From NCBI GenBank assembly GCA_977862235.1, contig OZ374562.1, forward strand, positions 372,001 to 436,000: DNA of 64,000 nt, written 5' to 3'. Every line of letters begins with the position of its first letter. Position 1 is the stretch's first letter. The translations under genes and the position numbers were made by a program. The notes beneath the pieces were generated by a model. The model was given only the letters and a program-made list of their open reading frames with translations, ran no database searches and had not been told where the DNA came from. Origin of the DNA: Dudresnaya verticillata (Eukaryota). Shown in pieces: positions 13,121-25,011 of this stretch.

Positions 13121-13894
13121 TCAGTCCGAATCTAACGCAGGCAGTTCTTTCAAAGGCAATCTAGCAAGCACCGTGATAGCGTAGTCAATGATTTGCGCCT
13201 TTGACTTGACCACCATTCCAGCAGGTGGCTCTGGGAGGATTCGCCGAAGCAAATCCATTTTCTCGTTCAGTTTTGCCCGCGAACGCCTGGTGTGAATTTT
13301 GTGAAACTCCCTTCGTCGTCTCGAGCGAACTTCCTTGAAGTTCGAGTGGTTTGAACAGCCGATGGTTTTGAAAGCTGATTGCGGTAGTCTCGTCTCGCTC
13401 CCATCAACGTGATTGCTAGATGCGTCTTCTCCTCGTTCTCCCTGCAGACTGCTTAGCCCTCTATTGTGTTGATATCCTTCATCGCAAGGGACCTCTGTCC
13501 CAGGGAACTGGTCTATATCTGAGAGTTCATTAGATTCTGCCTCTATCATCTGCAACGTAGTGGATGCGAGCTCCTTGGGGGTCCAGCTTCGCGAATGATC
13601 TGACTGGTCGACAGAAGCATCACTGTTTTCGCAATTCAGCGGTTTGCTGCAGGCCTCTAGTGATTCTTTCAAAGGAACTGGCTCTGATTCAGGTAGTGAT
13701 AGTAGATCCAATATGAAATTGTCTGTTGGAAGGCTGTTTTTTGACGAGAACGTGAAGTCAAACGAGTAGGGCTGCTGACCTGCATTTTTGGTTCCAGAGT
13801 TGTCTTCATGGGCCCCGCCTGTGTCGAGTACGATTTCTTTCTGTATCTCCACTGGAGAGCGGGTTGTCAAGAGTTCTTGAGACTTTGTAGCCAT
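13121..13894 (-). CDS. bHLH transcription factor (paralog of 1843-3513)
   Basis: 257-aa ATG ORF. C-terminal RRREFHKIHTRRSRAKLNEKMDLLRRILPEPPAGMVVKSKAQIIDYAITVL, preceded by an acidic low-complexity region. Confidence 0.88.
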   Translation of the reverse strand: MATKSQELLTTRSPVEIQKEIVLDTGGAHEDNSGTKNAGQQPYSFDFTFSSKNSLPTDNFILDLLSLPESEPVPLKESLEACSKPLNCENSDASVDQSDHSRSWTPKELASTTLQMIEAESNELSDIDQFPGTEVPCDEGYQHNRGLSSLQGERGEDASSNHVDGSETRLPQSAFKTIGCSNHSNFKEVRSRRRREFHKIHTRRSRAKLNEKMDLLRRILPEPPAGMVVKSKAQIIDYAITVLARLPLKELPALDSD

Positions 13895-15143
13895 TCCGCC
13901 TGTCCTGGTATCAGCGGAGAAACCAACTGCTAATTGTGTATTTCACAACTAGAGACCCGTTCATGAGCTACGAATGGAACTGGAATAGGAACCGGAGGCA
14001 CATGGAGATATGTACGGCTCTAGTATATGTCAAGCGAATCGATGTATACTGCTTGCGCACCAGGTCCTGTTGCTGGAAAGGTTGGGATCTTGATGAATTT
14101 AGGATGGCACGGAAGCTTGTAGATCTACGGGCTGTTCCAGCGGGCGGGGCAGATTCGGCTGGTTCGTAAAGAAATTCTGCCCCATGCATTCGAGAGAGTG
14201 GATGAGAGAAGTCGGTGATAAAAAAAACAGGCAAAGAAACAGCCAAAAGCCATAGTGAGTGCATGAGCTGTAGAGGTAATATTTTCTTAGCCTTTGGTCC
14301 AAGTTGTTTTTGAGGAGATATCTTACCTTTCCCAGGGCAACTCGCAGAACGTCATTTTTAAGGGTATGTTGAGAGATGGTTTGTATGCTCAGTTTGAAAG
14401 ATTTGAAAGATTCAATGGTAAGTTCAAAGGCGCGGTTTAGTCTGCTTTTTGGATACAGGCGCTCTGCTTTTGAATAATAAAATTGTAGACAGGAAAAGAC
14501 CGTTCAGGACTAGGGCCGAGCCGGAGTGAGAGAGTTCGCTTAGGATAGAAACGTTGTTTCTTGTGTAATGTAAACAAGAAGCGTATGAGTTAAGGCAAAA
14601 AACAAAAAGGGCTAGGAGTGAAGTGGTACAGTAGTTTACCGACAGAATGTGTTTGACTACGGCAACTAAGAAAGTACGTGTTGCTACAGTCCGGTAGAGC
14701 TGGGCCGTTTGAGGGCGGGCACATCGGATGGGAGTTTCGTTTTCCTATTGTGTTTTGGTGGTGGTTGAAGGCAGGTGGGGACCAGAGGGGGCCAGAGGGG
14801 AAGAAAGGGAGAAAGAGAGGGTAGTGGATGAAGGTAGTAAGAAGTGCGAGTTGTTGACGACGACAGCTGGTAGTCTGCAGGACGGTAGGGGGGGCAGTTG
14901 GTTGGAAGATGTTTGGAATATATCCTGAGGGCGGGAGAGCCTCTCACCAGTGGGAAGGATGGTTCTGAGGAAAGTAGCGCGAGCGGCTCAGAAAAACATA
15001 AAAAGTGTCCAAGACGGACGGACGGGGAGAAGACGGACGCCGTGAACGGATATGGTTCGCCGTGGACAAATCCTCCAATAGCAGCAGGCGCGTACCAGTC
15101 GGCAACGGGCTGTGTAATTTCCAACGAGGGCGGCGAGAGAGAG

Positions 15144-15145
<2 letters not shown>

Positions 15146-15187
<42 letters not shown>
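15146..15187. repeat. (GA)n microsatellite
   Basis: Directly visible. Confidence 0.9.
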
Positions 15188-15189
<2 letters not shown>

Positions 15190-15274
15190 GGAGAGAGATT
15201 GCGAACGAGGTAGGTGAGCTGTAGGCGAAGCTCTCCGGAATCCGAAACTAGAATTGTCGACGTGACGTGTGGAG

Positions 15275-15787
15275 CTATTGCGGGTGGTAGTAACTCCTCG
15301 AGCCCAAAGAGCTCTTCTTCGAGGCGGCAGCCGAGGTGGGCTGGATCTCATGTGCGGTCTTTATGTGACGGGAGAGGGAGGAGCGGTGGCCAAAGTGCTT
15401 TCCGCAGCCGTGGGGGCAGCGGTGCGGGCGCTTGCCCTCGTGGACGGTCTCGACATGTGCCTCGAGATGGCCGCGGCGCTCGAAGCGGGAGCCGCAGATC
15501 TTGCAGTTGAACTGCTTGACGGGGAGCGGCTTGGGGTTTCCCCGTGACGAGCTGGGGCGGTGGTGGTGGTGCGCGCCCGGCGGCGGGTCCAGGACGGTGC
15601 GCCAGTAGGCCTGGCTCTCCGGCGGGCGGGAGCCTGCGGCAGAGGCAGAGGCAGTGGGGGCGGGGGCGCGCGAGGAGGTGGAGGAGGAGGAGGAGGAAGG
15701 GGGGGCGGTGGCAGGGGCACGCGACGCGGCGGATGCGGACGGGTGGTGGTGGTGGTGGTGGTGGTGGTGGTGGTGCGAGGAGGACAT
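15275..15787 (-). CDS. C2H2 zinc-finger transcription factor (2 fingers), poly-His N-terminus
   Basis: Fingers FNCKICGSRFERRGHLEAHVETVH and HRCPHGCGKHFGHRSSLSRHIKTAH, joined by an EGKRP linker. I chose the first ATG (MSSSHHH) at 15787. A TATA-like ATATAAG lies at about 16056-16062 on the minus strand. Confidence 0.88.
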   Translation of the reverse strand: MSSSHHHHHHHHHHHPSASAASRAPATAPPSSSSSSTSSRAPAPTASASAAGSRPPESQAYWRTVLDPPPGAHHHHRPSSSRGNPKPLPVKQFNCKICGSRFERRGHLEAHVETVHEGKRPHRCPHGCGKHFGHRSSLSRHIKTAHEIQPTSAAASKKSSLGSRSYYHPQ

Positions 15788-18700
15788 GGCTCTGGCGGGT
15801 GTGGTGGTAGTGGTGGTGGTGGTAGTGGTGGTGGTGGTGGTGGTGGTGGTTGTGGTGGTGCGGAAGGCAGGGGTGCGGAAGGTGGTGGACGGAGGGGAGG
15901 GGAGGAGGAGGGTGCGGGCGGGACGGGGGGGACGAGGAGGGGACGAGGAGGGGACGGAGGAGCGGGAGTGGAGGGTGGGAGGTGCGGCGGGGCAGGCACA
16001 GAGGGCAGAGGAGGGCGGCGGCTGCGGCCGAGCGGAGCAGGGTGGCGAGGCGCGGCTTATATGTTGTGTGTGGTGGGGGAGGGGGCTATGTTTAGAACGG
16101 GAAAACAAGGGAACGGGGGAGGGTGTCGGGGGGACGGGGAGGGCGGCGGGGGGGTGAGGGTGTTGTGACTCGTCTGACCCGTCGGAGGTGGGCGGGTGCT
16201 TTCCAGTGGCAGGAAACAGACGGGGCGCGCGGTATCATACCTTACACCGCGGTTCCGTACGGGGGACGGGGGAGGGGAGCGGAGGGGAGGGGAGGGGAGG
16301 GAGGGGGTGCGGGTGTTGGCGGAGGTGGTGGTGGTGGTGGCGTCGGGCGTCGGGCAGTCGGGTGGGTCGGCGGTCGGCGGCGTCGGTCGGTGGCGGGCGG
16401 CGCGGCGCCAACACAGCGGACGCGGGCGCGGGCGTCCCGACTCATAACTGGCACCACGCCGCGTGTGATGCCACGCGGCACCGCGGCGCGATCTATTCGC
16501 ACTTACCGACAAACAAGCGCAATTACAGTTGCAGCCCGCACTGTTTTCCACACTCGCCGGCCGACGTGTTGTGCCGCAGAGCGGCTGCGTGCGCGCGCGC
16601 TTGCAGCACCGACACGCGCGCAGAGCGCCCTCCGCTCCGCAACGGTCCACCTCTCCGCGGCGGCGGCGCCGCCGCCGCCGCCCGGCACATACCGCGCACG
16701 CGCAACGCGGACCGCCCCGGCGCCGCGGCCGCGCTCAACACGGTTCGGCGCGCGCGCGCGCGCCGCAACCCACGCGCGCGCCGCGGCCGCAGTGGCCGGC
16801 GCCACAACGCGCGCGCGCGCGCCGCGCACGCGCATGTCGGCGGCGCCGCGCGCGGCGATAGCGCTGGTGCGGCGAGCGCGGCGCTGCGCGCGCGCCGCAT
16901 ATGCGCGCGCGCCGTGGCGCGGCGGCGTGCGCGCAGCCGCGAGCTGAATTCTCGCGGTGCAGCAGCGGCGGCGGCAGCGCGGCGCGGCGGCGCGCGCGCG
17001 GGCGCGCGCGCGCGCGGGCAGTCCACCTGCGCGGCGCGCGCGCGACAAGAGCGCGGCGCGGAGAGCGACGAAGGGTGTAGCCGGCGGCAGCGCGGCGCGG
17101 TTCGACGCGCGCAGCGCCGCGCGGCGGCAGTGAGGCGTGCAGGGGCTCGCGACGTGCCTGGCACAGGTAGGCGCGCGCGCTCCCGTGTGGAATTGTCCGG
17201 CTCGCGCGTCCCACCGTGCGGCGCGCAGCGCACGCCGCGCTGACAAGCGCTCCGCGCGCTGCTCGCGCCTGACCGACGGACCGACGCGCGCGCCGACGCA
17301 AAGTTTACGGACCGACGCCGCGCCTGACCGCCCCGCGTGTTTGCATGTGTATGACCGAAAACAAGAGCGCGCCGGCGCTGCCGCTGCGCCTGCCGGCCCT
17401 TAATCTTGCTACTACCTCCCACAATCGCCACTGTATGTGTGTGTGTACGCGCCGCTTAAGTCCCGTGTGGCAGCATACCCACGAAGCGCCCGCTCGACGC
17501 ACACGCACACACACACACACACACGCAACCAACGAGGTAGGATACACACCGCGTGTTACATTTACACACCTATTCTCCTCGTGCTAGTCCAGGCAATCCT
17601 CGCGCCGTGCGCACGCCGGCGCGCGCATGCGTGTGCCTGTGCGTGTGCGTGTGCGTGCGTGCAGTGCGAGCGGCACGCTGAGATGAGAGCTCAGAGAGAC
17701 CGTGCGCGCGCGCGCGCGCGCGCGTGCCGCAGTGGCTACAACTCTCACAAACACGGCCCGCCCTTTTCTCCTTCCCACGTCCTACACCGCGCAAAGCTCC
17801 AAAGCCGCCGCGCTGTATGTGGCCACCCGCAGGGCTACTACCCCACCGCCCTCCCATTCGGTCGTCCGAGCTGCAGCGCCGAGCTAAACAGACGGCCGCT
17901 GCGCGTGTATGTCCGGCAGCCGGTGTCGTCGCGCGTTTAACGTAGTCACCTGTCCGAGCCTTTAAAGATGAGATAGATACGGTAATGTACGTCCACGCCT
18001 GACAACTCCAACCGTTTCGTTGATCGCTGCCACTGCACCGCCGTCAATCTCTGATCTCTGCGAGCCCGTGCCACAACGCACCTCGGCACTGCGCGCAAAA
18101 GCAGAAAACAAAAAAGAAGGCGACGCCGCGCCGCTGGTGCAGCCCAGCCGCACGAGTCCACCGCCGCCGTGTCGATAGCGCTAACATAATCCGTAAAGCG
18201 CTCCGGATATGTGCCTTTCGAACCGCGGCGCGACATTAATCCGCTCGCTCATTATTCCTGCGCTCGCGCCAGCGACCTTTGTGCACACACACTCGCACTC
18301 GCCGAAAAGCTTTACCCTAAGGTGACGTCCTCATGACAAGTCGGCATAACACCTGATACTCTCTATCGTCGCTCTTGCTGCGCACAACAGTGTCTCTCAG
18401 CCTTTTTTTTTTTTTTTTTTTTTTTTCCTACACACATGCACAAGCAACGTGCGTGCCACCCACAAACAGTAACCGACAAGCTCAACTCCACCACTCGAGT
18501 ATATCCACCGCAACTCCTCCTATAACTGTACCATTCATGTGCGAGTGTGTGTTGTGCCAACCCCCCCATGCCGTGGAATCCGAGTCAGCTTGTGCAAAAC
18601 GCCATCGCGCTTACGCACAAAATGGAACCTTCTTGCGCAGTAAACAATGTTATACCAAATACCTGGTGTGCAGTCCCGTGGCAGCCGCCAGCCTATGCCT

Positions 18701-21700
18701 CAGCCATACTACACACACACCGCCTCCCGTACCGGCCTGTTGTGTGCGGCGCTGTGTGCTGCATGCGGTAAAGATGAGCCACCATCTTGCCCGTTTCTTA
18801 TTCAAGTGCGTACTCGAGTGGAGCCCCGTGTAGGGCTCCTCGTTTCGCAACCCCCGTTTCGTGTTATGCTCGACGTCGCCTGGCGTGCCGAAAAAGAAAC
18901 TGTGGGCGCGAGAACCGCTTTTGTCAGCTTTCATCAGCGTGAGAGAGAGAGAGAGCCTTGTGCTTCTTCACTGCGCTTTACCGCGCGAGACTCGTTGAAA
19001 CATGGTCGGCCAACAGGCGGCATGTGAGTGGTAGAGCACATTGTCTTTCTTTGTGGAGAAGGGCAGTTTGTGAGCGAAACGGGGAGAGAAGACCGGTTGA
19101 AGCAATGCACCCGCACACCTCCATTTCTTCCGTGCCCTGGGACATAAAGAATGAAAGTTGTCTCGCTCTCGCCCTCTCTCTCTCTCTCTCTCGCCCTCTC
19201 ACCCTCTCAGACGCAAAACTCTCAGAAAAGCCAAGAAAAGGACTATGCGTTTCACGCTTGCACTCGGGTGGCGTCTGAAGAGTGTTTCATGTGTGAGGTC
19301 GACCACAATAGCGTTATACAGTACATTCCGTTGTATCTCTGGACCTCGCAGGAGATTGCGTTTGAGTGGCATTGGTGCGCCCACGTGTGAGTCACATCAG
19401 TACATGGCGCGGGGGCGCGATCAGTAATATTCCTGCCGCGGTGCGTTCCTGAAGTGAGTGAGGACCTGGACGACGGCCTGGCACAACACTGGAGGCGCGG
19501 GAGAAGGGCTCCCACCCACCGCGCCTTGCTACATTTTGTGCACACCAATCAAGTTGCGCGCAACACTTGATCTTTGTGCCATTATTAAAAACTCCTTCAC
19601 AACAACTGCATTGGAACAATTGTGAATGCACACACGCACACCTATTCTTTTCGATACGCGGCTGCGTCTGAATCATCAAGCACGCACTGCAATGCAACAG
19701 CGACCAAACTTGGGCGCAAGAGCCCACTTTCACGCCGCTGCTAGAATGAAAATCACGGGGAAATGGGGAAAGCAGCCTGTGTATGAACGAGGGCTTTATC
19801 CGTCGACTTTGAGCTTGTCCGAGCGCCCGAGAACAACGTGCCGTGCTGTAGAAACATGGGACGACGACCTTAAATGCGCACAGTGCGAGAGAAAACGCGC
19901 AACGTTATACTGTAGCCGCCGATTTGGATAATCCACTTACAGGGATTTTTAAATTGATCTCATTTTCAGCCATCGTTTGATCCGCTTGAGTCTCTTCAAA
20001 CTTGTCTCATATAGACACATAGACCAAGTGCAAAGTATCCATCTTTCCTACCTTACCGATGAACGCCGCTGCAGCAAGGCAGTCTTTTGAATTCTGCACT
20101 TGTGACCATTTTCAGCCGCCTTCGCAATCTCAACTTGGCAATGGAATTACCCTAGGCAGCAGCAGCGTGTGCCTGAAGCCAACCACAATCGATCTTGCTT
20201 CCCCACCCCCCGATGCGTTCAGAACAAAAACCCGCATACCAACGGATTCACGTTTGTTGAAATCGGAGCCTTCAACTCAACGCCTTCTGCAATCTCGCAA
20301 GACTCCTTCGCCAACTGTGCCTCCGTGCAGCCAGCGCCACCAATGAAACTCTTGAGCTGCACCACGTCGAGGAGACAGACGGCTTCACAGGACGCTTCAA
20401 AATTTTTATCTGCCGTGCAAGCTGTCTGCATGTACTGTTCATGTACGTAACCTTTAACAGCACACAATCATAGGGAAGGATTAACCGCGTGTTTTTTGAT
20501 TAGACCACGAGGACGGCAGCACAAAATGGCTAGCCCTACCGTATCACTGTCCGTTGCGTTAAGGGGCTTACCAACACCACAGCAGCAGAAAATGGGTCGC
20601 AATGGCCTTTCAAACAAAACTGAGGTCCAGAGCTGCACCGCTCTTGCTGCCTCTCGACACTCGCCTGCAAGAAAAGCTTGTTACGAAACGCGCAGTAGAA
20701 AGAATGCGCACCGAAAGATGTCCCGTACTCGGAAAGAGTGTTGCATAACAAGATGCCCGACAAAGAGGTAGTCAGGGTGTGGAAAGCTAAGTCTGACCTA
20801 CAAGTAGGACAACGACAGTATCGTATCATAGTTCGGCATGCTGTGGTCGAATAGGGGGACAGCAAGTCCCTACAAGCCAACTTACCATGTTGGGCTTCGG
20901 TTACAGAAAAGCTGCATGCTCCGTACGTTGTGTTTGTAAGCGTATGCGACTACAAACGCTTGTACGGAGCTGCACAGAGCTGATCGTCATGTGGCCACTG
21001 CGCCTCCCATATTTGCAAAGCCAATGAGTTTCCCACTTGGTAGCAAATGTTGCATGTGTGCACTGCGCCGCCAGTCGGACACATACTATGTACAATATAG
21101 AACGAGTGCATTTTCGTTACATCGCTTTTCCGCTTGCCTGCTGCTGTGAGTCAACAACTCGAGACTCGGTCCTCAAACATGCACAAACCGGCCTGCCTGG
21201 GGCAGCCTTTTTGTTTATCATCTCTGCAAAGACCGCGAGCGACTACGAATTGCTCCAAGAGAGCGGAAAAGGGAGGAATTGCATTGTTATAACACACAAG
21301 TCGTCCGACAGTGTTGATTTGAAAGGGGGAAGCCGCAAGTTATCAAGTTTCCCGGTGGAACACAGCGGTTGGTCGCACCTTTGCAAACGGTATCGTAAAT
21401 ATGTTTCAAGCAAGCGGGGGATTTGTCAAGTGTGTACATAAAGGACTGTACTAGACCACGGGAGGTGTGGTCGCGGATTGGGTGAGTGAGTGGTCCGCGC
21501 CTAGGCATTGTGGAGCAGGTCTGGCATAGAATGAAGAAGGGTTTGTCGGAGTAGCGAGCGAAGAAGAGACTTGGCTTTCTGTGGAGTGCATATTGTAGAA
21601 CCGGGATATATGTATGAGGGATAATGCCGGCACTATTTCAAAAAGTGCATTCCGCGGCGGAGCATGTTGTGCTGCAGGAAACTAGTTGTCAGTCTTGTTC

Positions 21701-23916
21701 AGCTGCACATGCTGCGGGGGCTTATGATAAAGATCGGGGGTGTTGCAGTTGCGAAGATCGGCGGGATAGGACGGAACGGAGCGGCAGTAGCTGGCATCCC
21801 TGTATCCTTCCCAACTTACGCTTACGCTGTACGGAGGCCTGTCGCCAAACTTTTCACAGGCACTGTACACGGAGGGTCTCATGTGAGACTGTGAACAAGG
21901 ATGAACGGAACGACGAGACGGAAAGCTGTGGACGGCACGTGGCGTGCTGCGACGGAGTGATGGGATGGAATAGGACGGACCTCAGCATGGACGGAGATTT
22001 TTTGGGGAGCGTGTTTGGGTGTGCAGTGAAGTGATTGCGAGACGGTGGTGGCGGTGAGTGGGGAGGACGGACGAGCGGATAGGGTGAATGGCAACAGTGC
22101 AAGCATAATGGTTCGGTTATATACATCTGTTGTGTAAGATACATTTTTTGTCCTTGTTCGCAAGGGGCTTTGGCTTTGCTTTCACAGACGCTGTGCCATT
22201 ATATGGGGCGCGTACCCCGCGTCCGACCCGGCTCAGGAAGAATTCTTCTACAGTATTCTCGGAGGGGCTGTGTGTGTGTGATTGTACTAATCGCTGCGAC
22301 GAGACCTTGAGGAGAGTGTGAAACAAGTTGGCGGTGACAAGTTTAGCAGTTTGGGGAGGAACAAGGAAATATTAATGGGTATGCCGTAACGAACCCTCAA
22401 GGGAGACTTTCTGGGCTTCACAGAAAGGCTTTGGCGCGGGTTTTGAGTCAGCGTGGTGTGAGAGAACGGGGCGACGACCTAGATTTTACGCGAGATGATT
22501 CGAAGCACGGTGACCAAGGCGATGTATGGCACACAAGTGCGGAGCGCGGGGACTTTTCATAGCTGGGGCTGAGGGCAAGGTTTTTGCGGATCACGGACCG
22601 CGCTCACTGCGGTTTCTTTCTGTTTTGTTTGCGCGAAAGAAGCGGCACTGCAGCAGCTGCATCTTCTCACGCCATGCACAGAATGGTGCCCCGTCTGTCC
22701 CGAATAGATGCGCTGTATGTTTCTCCTGCACGTGACCACGGGCAGCGCGGTGACGGCGCGCTGCGAACGGACGGGCGCCGGAAGGCGAAAGCGGGGCAAT
22801 AGCTTGAAGCGACACGCCGGTACGGGTTGTTCGACTTTGATGGTGCCCGTGGCGCTGAATCTGAGCGAGGGCGACAGGCACCGCTGTGATTACGCACGTA
22901 ACGGTGGGAAGGCCCATGCGCGAAGGAGAAACGCGTGTGGGTGGTGATGTCATTCGCAATGCACTTCAGCGGCGCCAATGTCGGTGCGGCATCCGCCCGG
23001 GATGCAACTCACTCGGTGGCGCCCGTTTTTGAAGGTACAAGTCGGACAGCGCCCCCCTGGGTGCGCGGCATGGGTGGACAGACAGGAGCATGGACGGAGC
23101 GGGCGGCAGGCAGACTGGTCGGGGTCTGATAAGGGGCGGCAAGATCACAGGAAAAGGACGAGGGGCGCGGCGTTTGTTGCGGAAGCGGCGGCGGCCGAGA
23201 TGTCGCGGGGTCCCGCGCGGGGGCCGGACGGGTAGACTTTTCTTTTTTACAGCAACCAAATCAGTTTGCGCCCAAAAAGGCGCCTAAAAGGGACGGACGG
23301 CGGTGCTTTTTGGTTTGATGTACAGATTGACGCTGTTTTCGGAGTGAGTGGATTTCGGATGACACCAAATCCACAAATGCGTCGCCCGTCCTTCCGTCGC
23401 GCGCGCTCTGCTGCGGAGCCACACCGCGCGCCGCGTGACGTGTGCAACAAAGCGATCGTCGCAAGTAGCCGCGCCTACGCGCGCGCAAGCGCGCGCCCCG
23501 CTGTTTGTTGAGCGTGGCGCGGCCGCGCGCAGCGCGACAAGCGCGCTTGCAAACGTGTGTGTGTGCACTCACAAAATCCCCGCGCCGCGCCGCGCCGCGC
23601 CCGTAGATGGCGCACTGCCAAGGGCGAAAAAAGCTCCGCTCGATGCCGGCGGCCGGCCGTCGAGCCATCGGCGCTCCGCTCGCGCCGGGGGAACCGTGTA
23701 AAGTCAGGCGGATTGGAGCGGCGCGGCTGGCGCAGTGCGTTTCTTGATGGCGGACGTGGACTGTGGTAGCGCGTGAGTGATGACTCTGCATTACGCAGGG
23801 GGCAAGAGAGTGCGGGACAGACCGCCGCTGACTCTTGTGCGCCGCGGTTATTGTTGGCAGCGTGCTCGGAGCGGCGCGGGTTGGGTATACTTGTATAAAT
23901 GGTATGGCTTAGCTAT

Positions 23917-24408
23917 TCATAGTGTAGAGGTCTTTCCGCCCTCGCGCGATGCTTGCAACACACGTCTGCCGCAATGGCGAAGGGCCGAAGGAAACATGGA
24001 TACATTACGGAGACGGACACAGGAGGCACGGTAGTAGCCGGCACGCGAATGCGCGCCCCCTCCTTTGCGCACGCACGAGTCCGACGGACTGTCCCAGTAG
24101 GCGGGCAGTGTAACGGTCCCAGCAGGACACCGGGCGCAAGGCGGGGAAGGGATGAGGCAGATGTCCGCGTAGAGGTGGGGGCTGTCGAGGAAGTGGACAA
24201 CCTTGTAAGAGGCTGCTGCAGAGGTGGCCGATGCCAGCCGCCCGATGCGCGAAGATGCCGCCGGTGTTGAAAACGCGCGTAGTGTCCCCGTTATGCCGCC
24301 GAGGACCGCGGCGCGCCGGCGCAGGCTTGTAAGCAAGCGCCGCGCACTGCTGGACGCGGAGGGGGCGGCGGAGGGGGCGGCGGAGGGGGCGGCGGTGTCG
24401 GGCGGGGG

Positions 24409-24460
<52 letters not shown>

Positions 24461-24486
24461 GCGCGCGGACGCGAGCGGCGGCGCAT
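23917..24486 (-). CDS. Hypothetical protein, Cys-containing C-terminal half
   Basis: ATG at 24486 inside the 308-codon open frame. The N-terminus is low-complexity ((RV)n), but the C-terminal half (YKVVHFLDSPHLYADICLIPSPPCARCPAG...AYWD...) looks globular. It is divergent from the ZF gene at 25012. Confidence 0.35.
24411..24460. repeat. (GGACGC)n hexamer repeat
   Basis: About 8 perfect units, preceded by a 12-bp GGGGGCGGCGGA repeat at about 24361-24395. Confidence 0.85.
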
Positions 24487-25011
24487 GAGGACGGACTCCG
24501 GCGCGGGCGCGGCGGAGATATATGCGGGAATGAGAATGAATGACGGCGGGCGTGATGGGAATTTGCACAGCGCTGCACATGTGCTCGCGGCCGTCTCATC
24601 GGCGTTTGCGTGACGTGGAGCGCAGTGTAAGCGCGCGGGGGGCATTGCGCGCGGCGGCAGCGCGCAAAAAAGCACAGCCGCCTTCACGTCAGCAGTTTGT
24701 TCCGTCCGCCGCGAGCGAGCGAGCGAGCGAGCCCGTCCGTCGCCTGTGGGAGAGGAACGCCGCCGTCGCAGCCTGCCCCACACCGCCTGCCACCTCCGCG
24801 CCGCCGTCGACGTCGCCTCCGCCGCCTCCCCCGCAGCGGCCATGCCACGTCCGCCTCGCCGCCGCCCTGCCGCCGCCGCTCCGGAAACACCCGCCGCGCT
24901 TTAACCGCACCGCCCCGCATCCCCCCTCACTCCCTACCCCGCCCACCGCCCACCATCCCCCCCCACCGCCCACCCACTACCACCACACCCGTGCCGTCCC
25001 TCCTTCTAGAC

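Noticed and set aside
13905..14326. Possible 5' UTR intron of bHLH2 (AAG/GTAAGA donor at 14326, minus strand)
   Set aside because: The acceptor and branch point are ambiguous and cannot be supported without transcripts.
16123..17431. Long ORFs on both strands (247-351 aa)
   Set aside because: They are low-complexity RA/AR translations of (CG)n DNA with no coding evidence.
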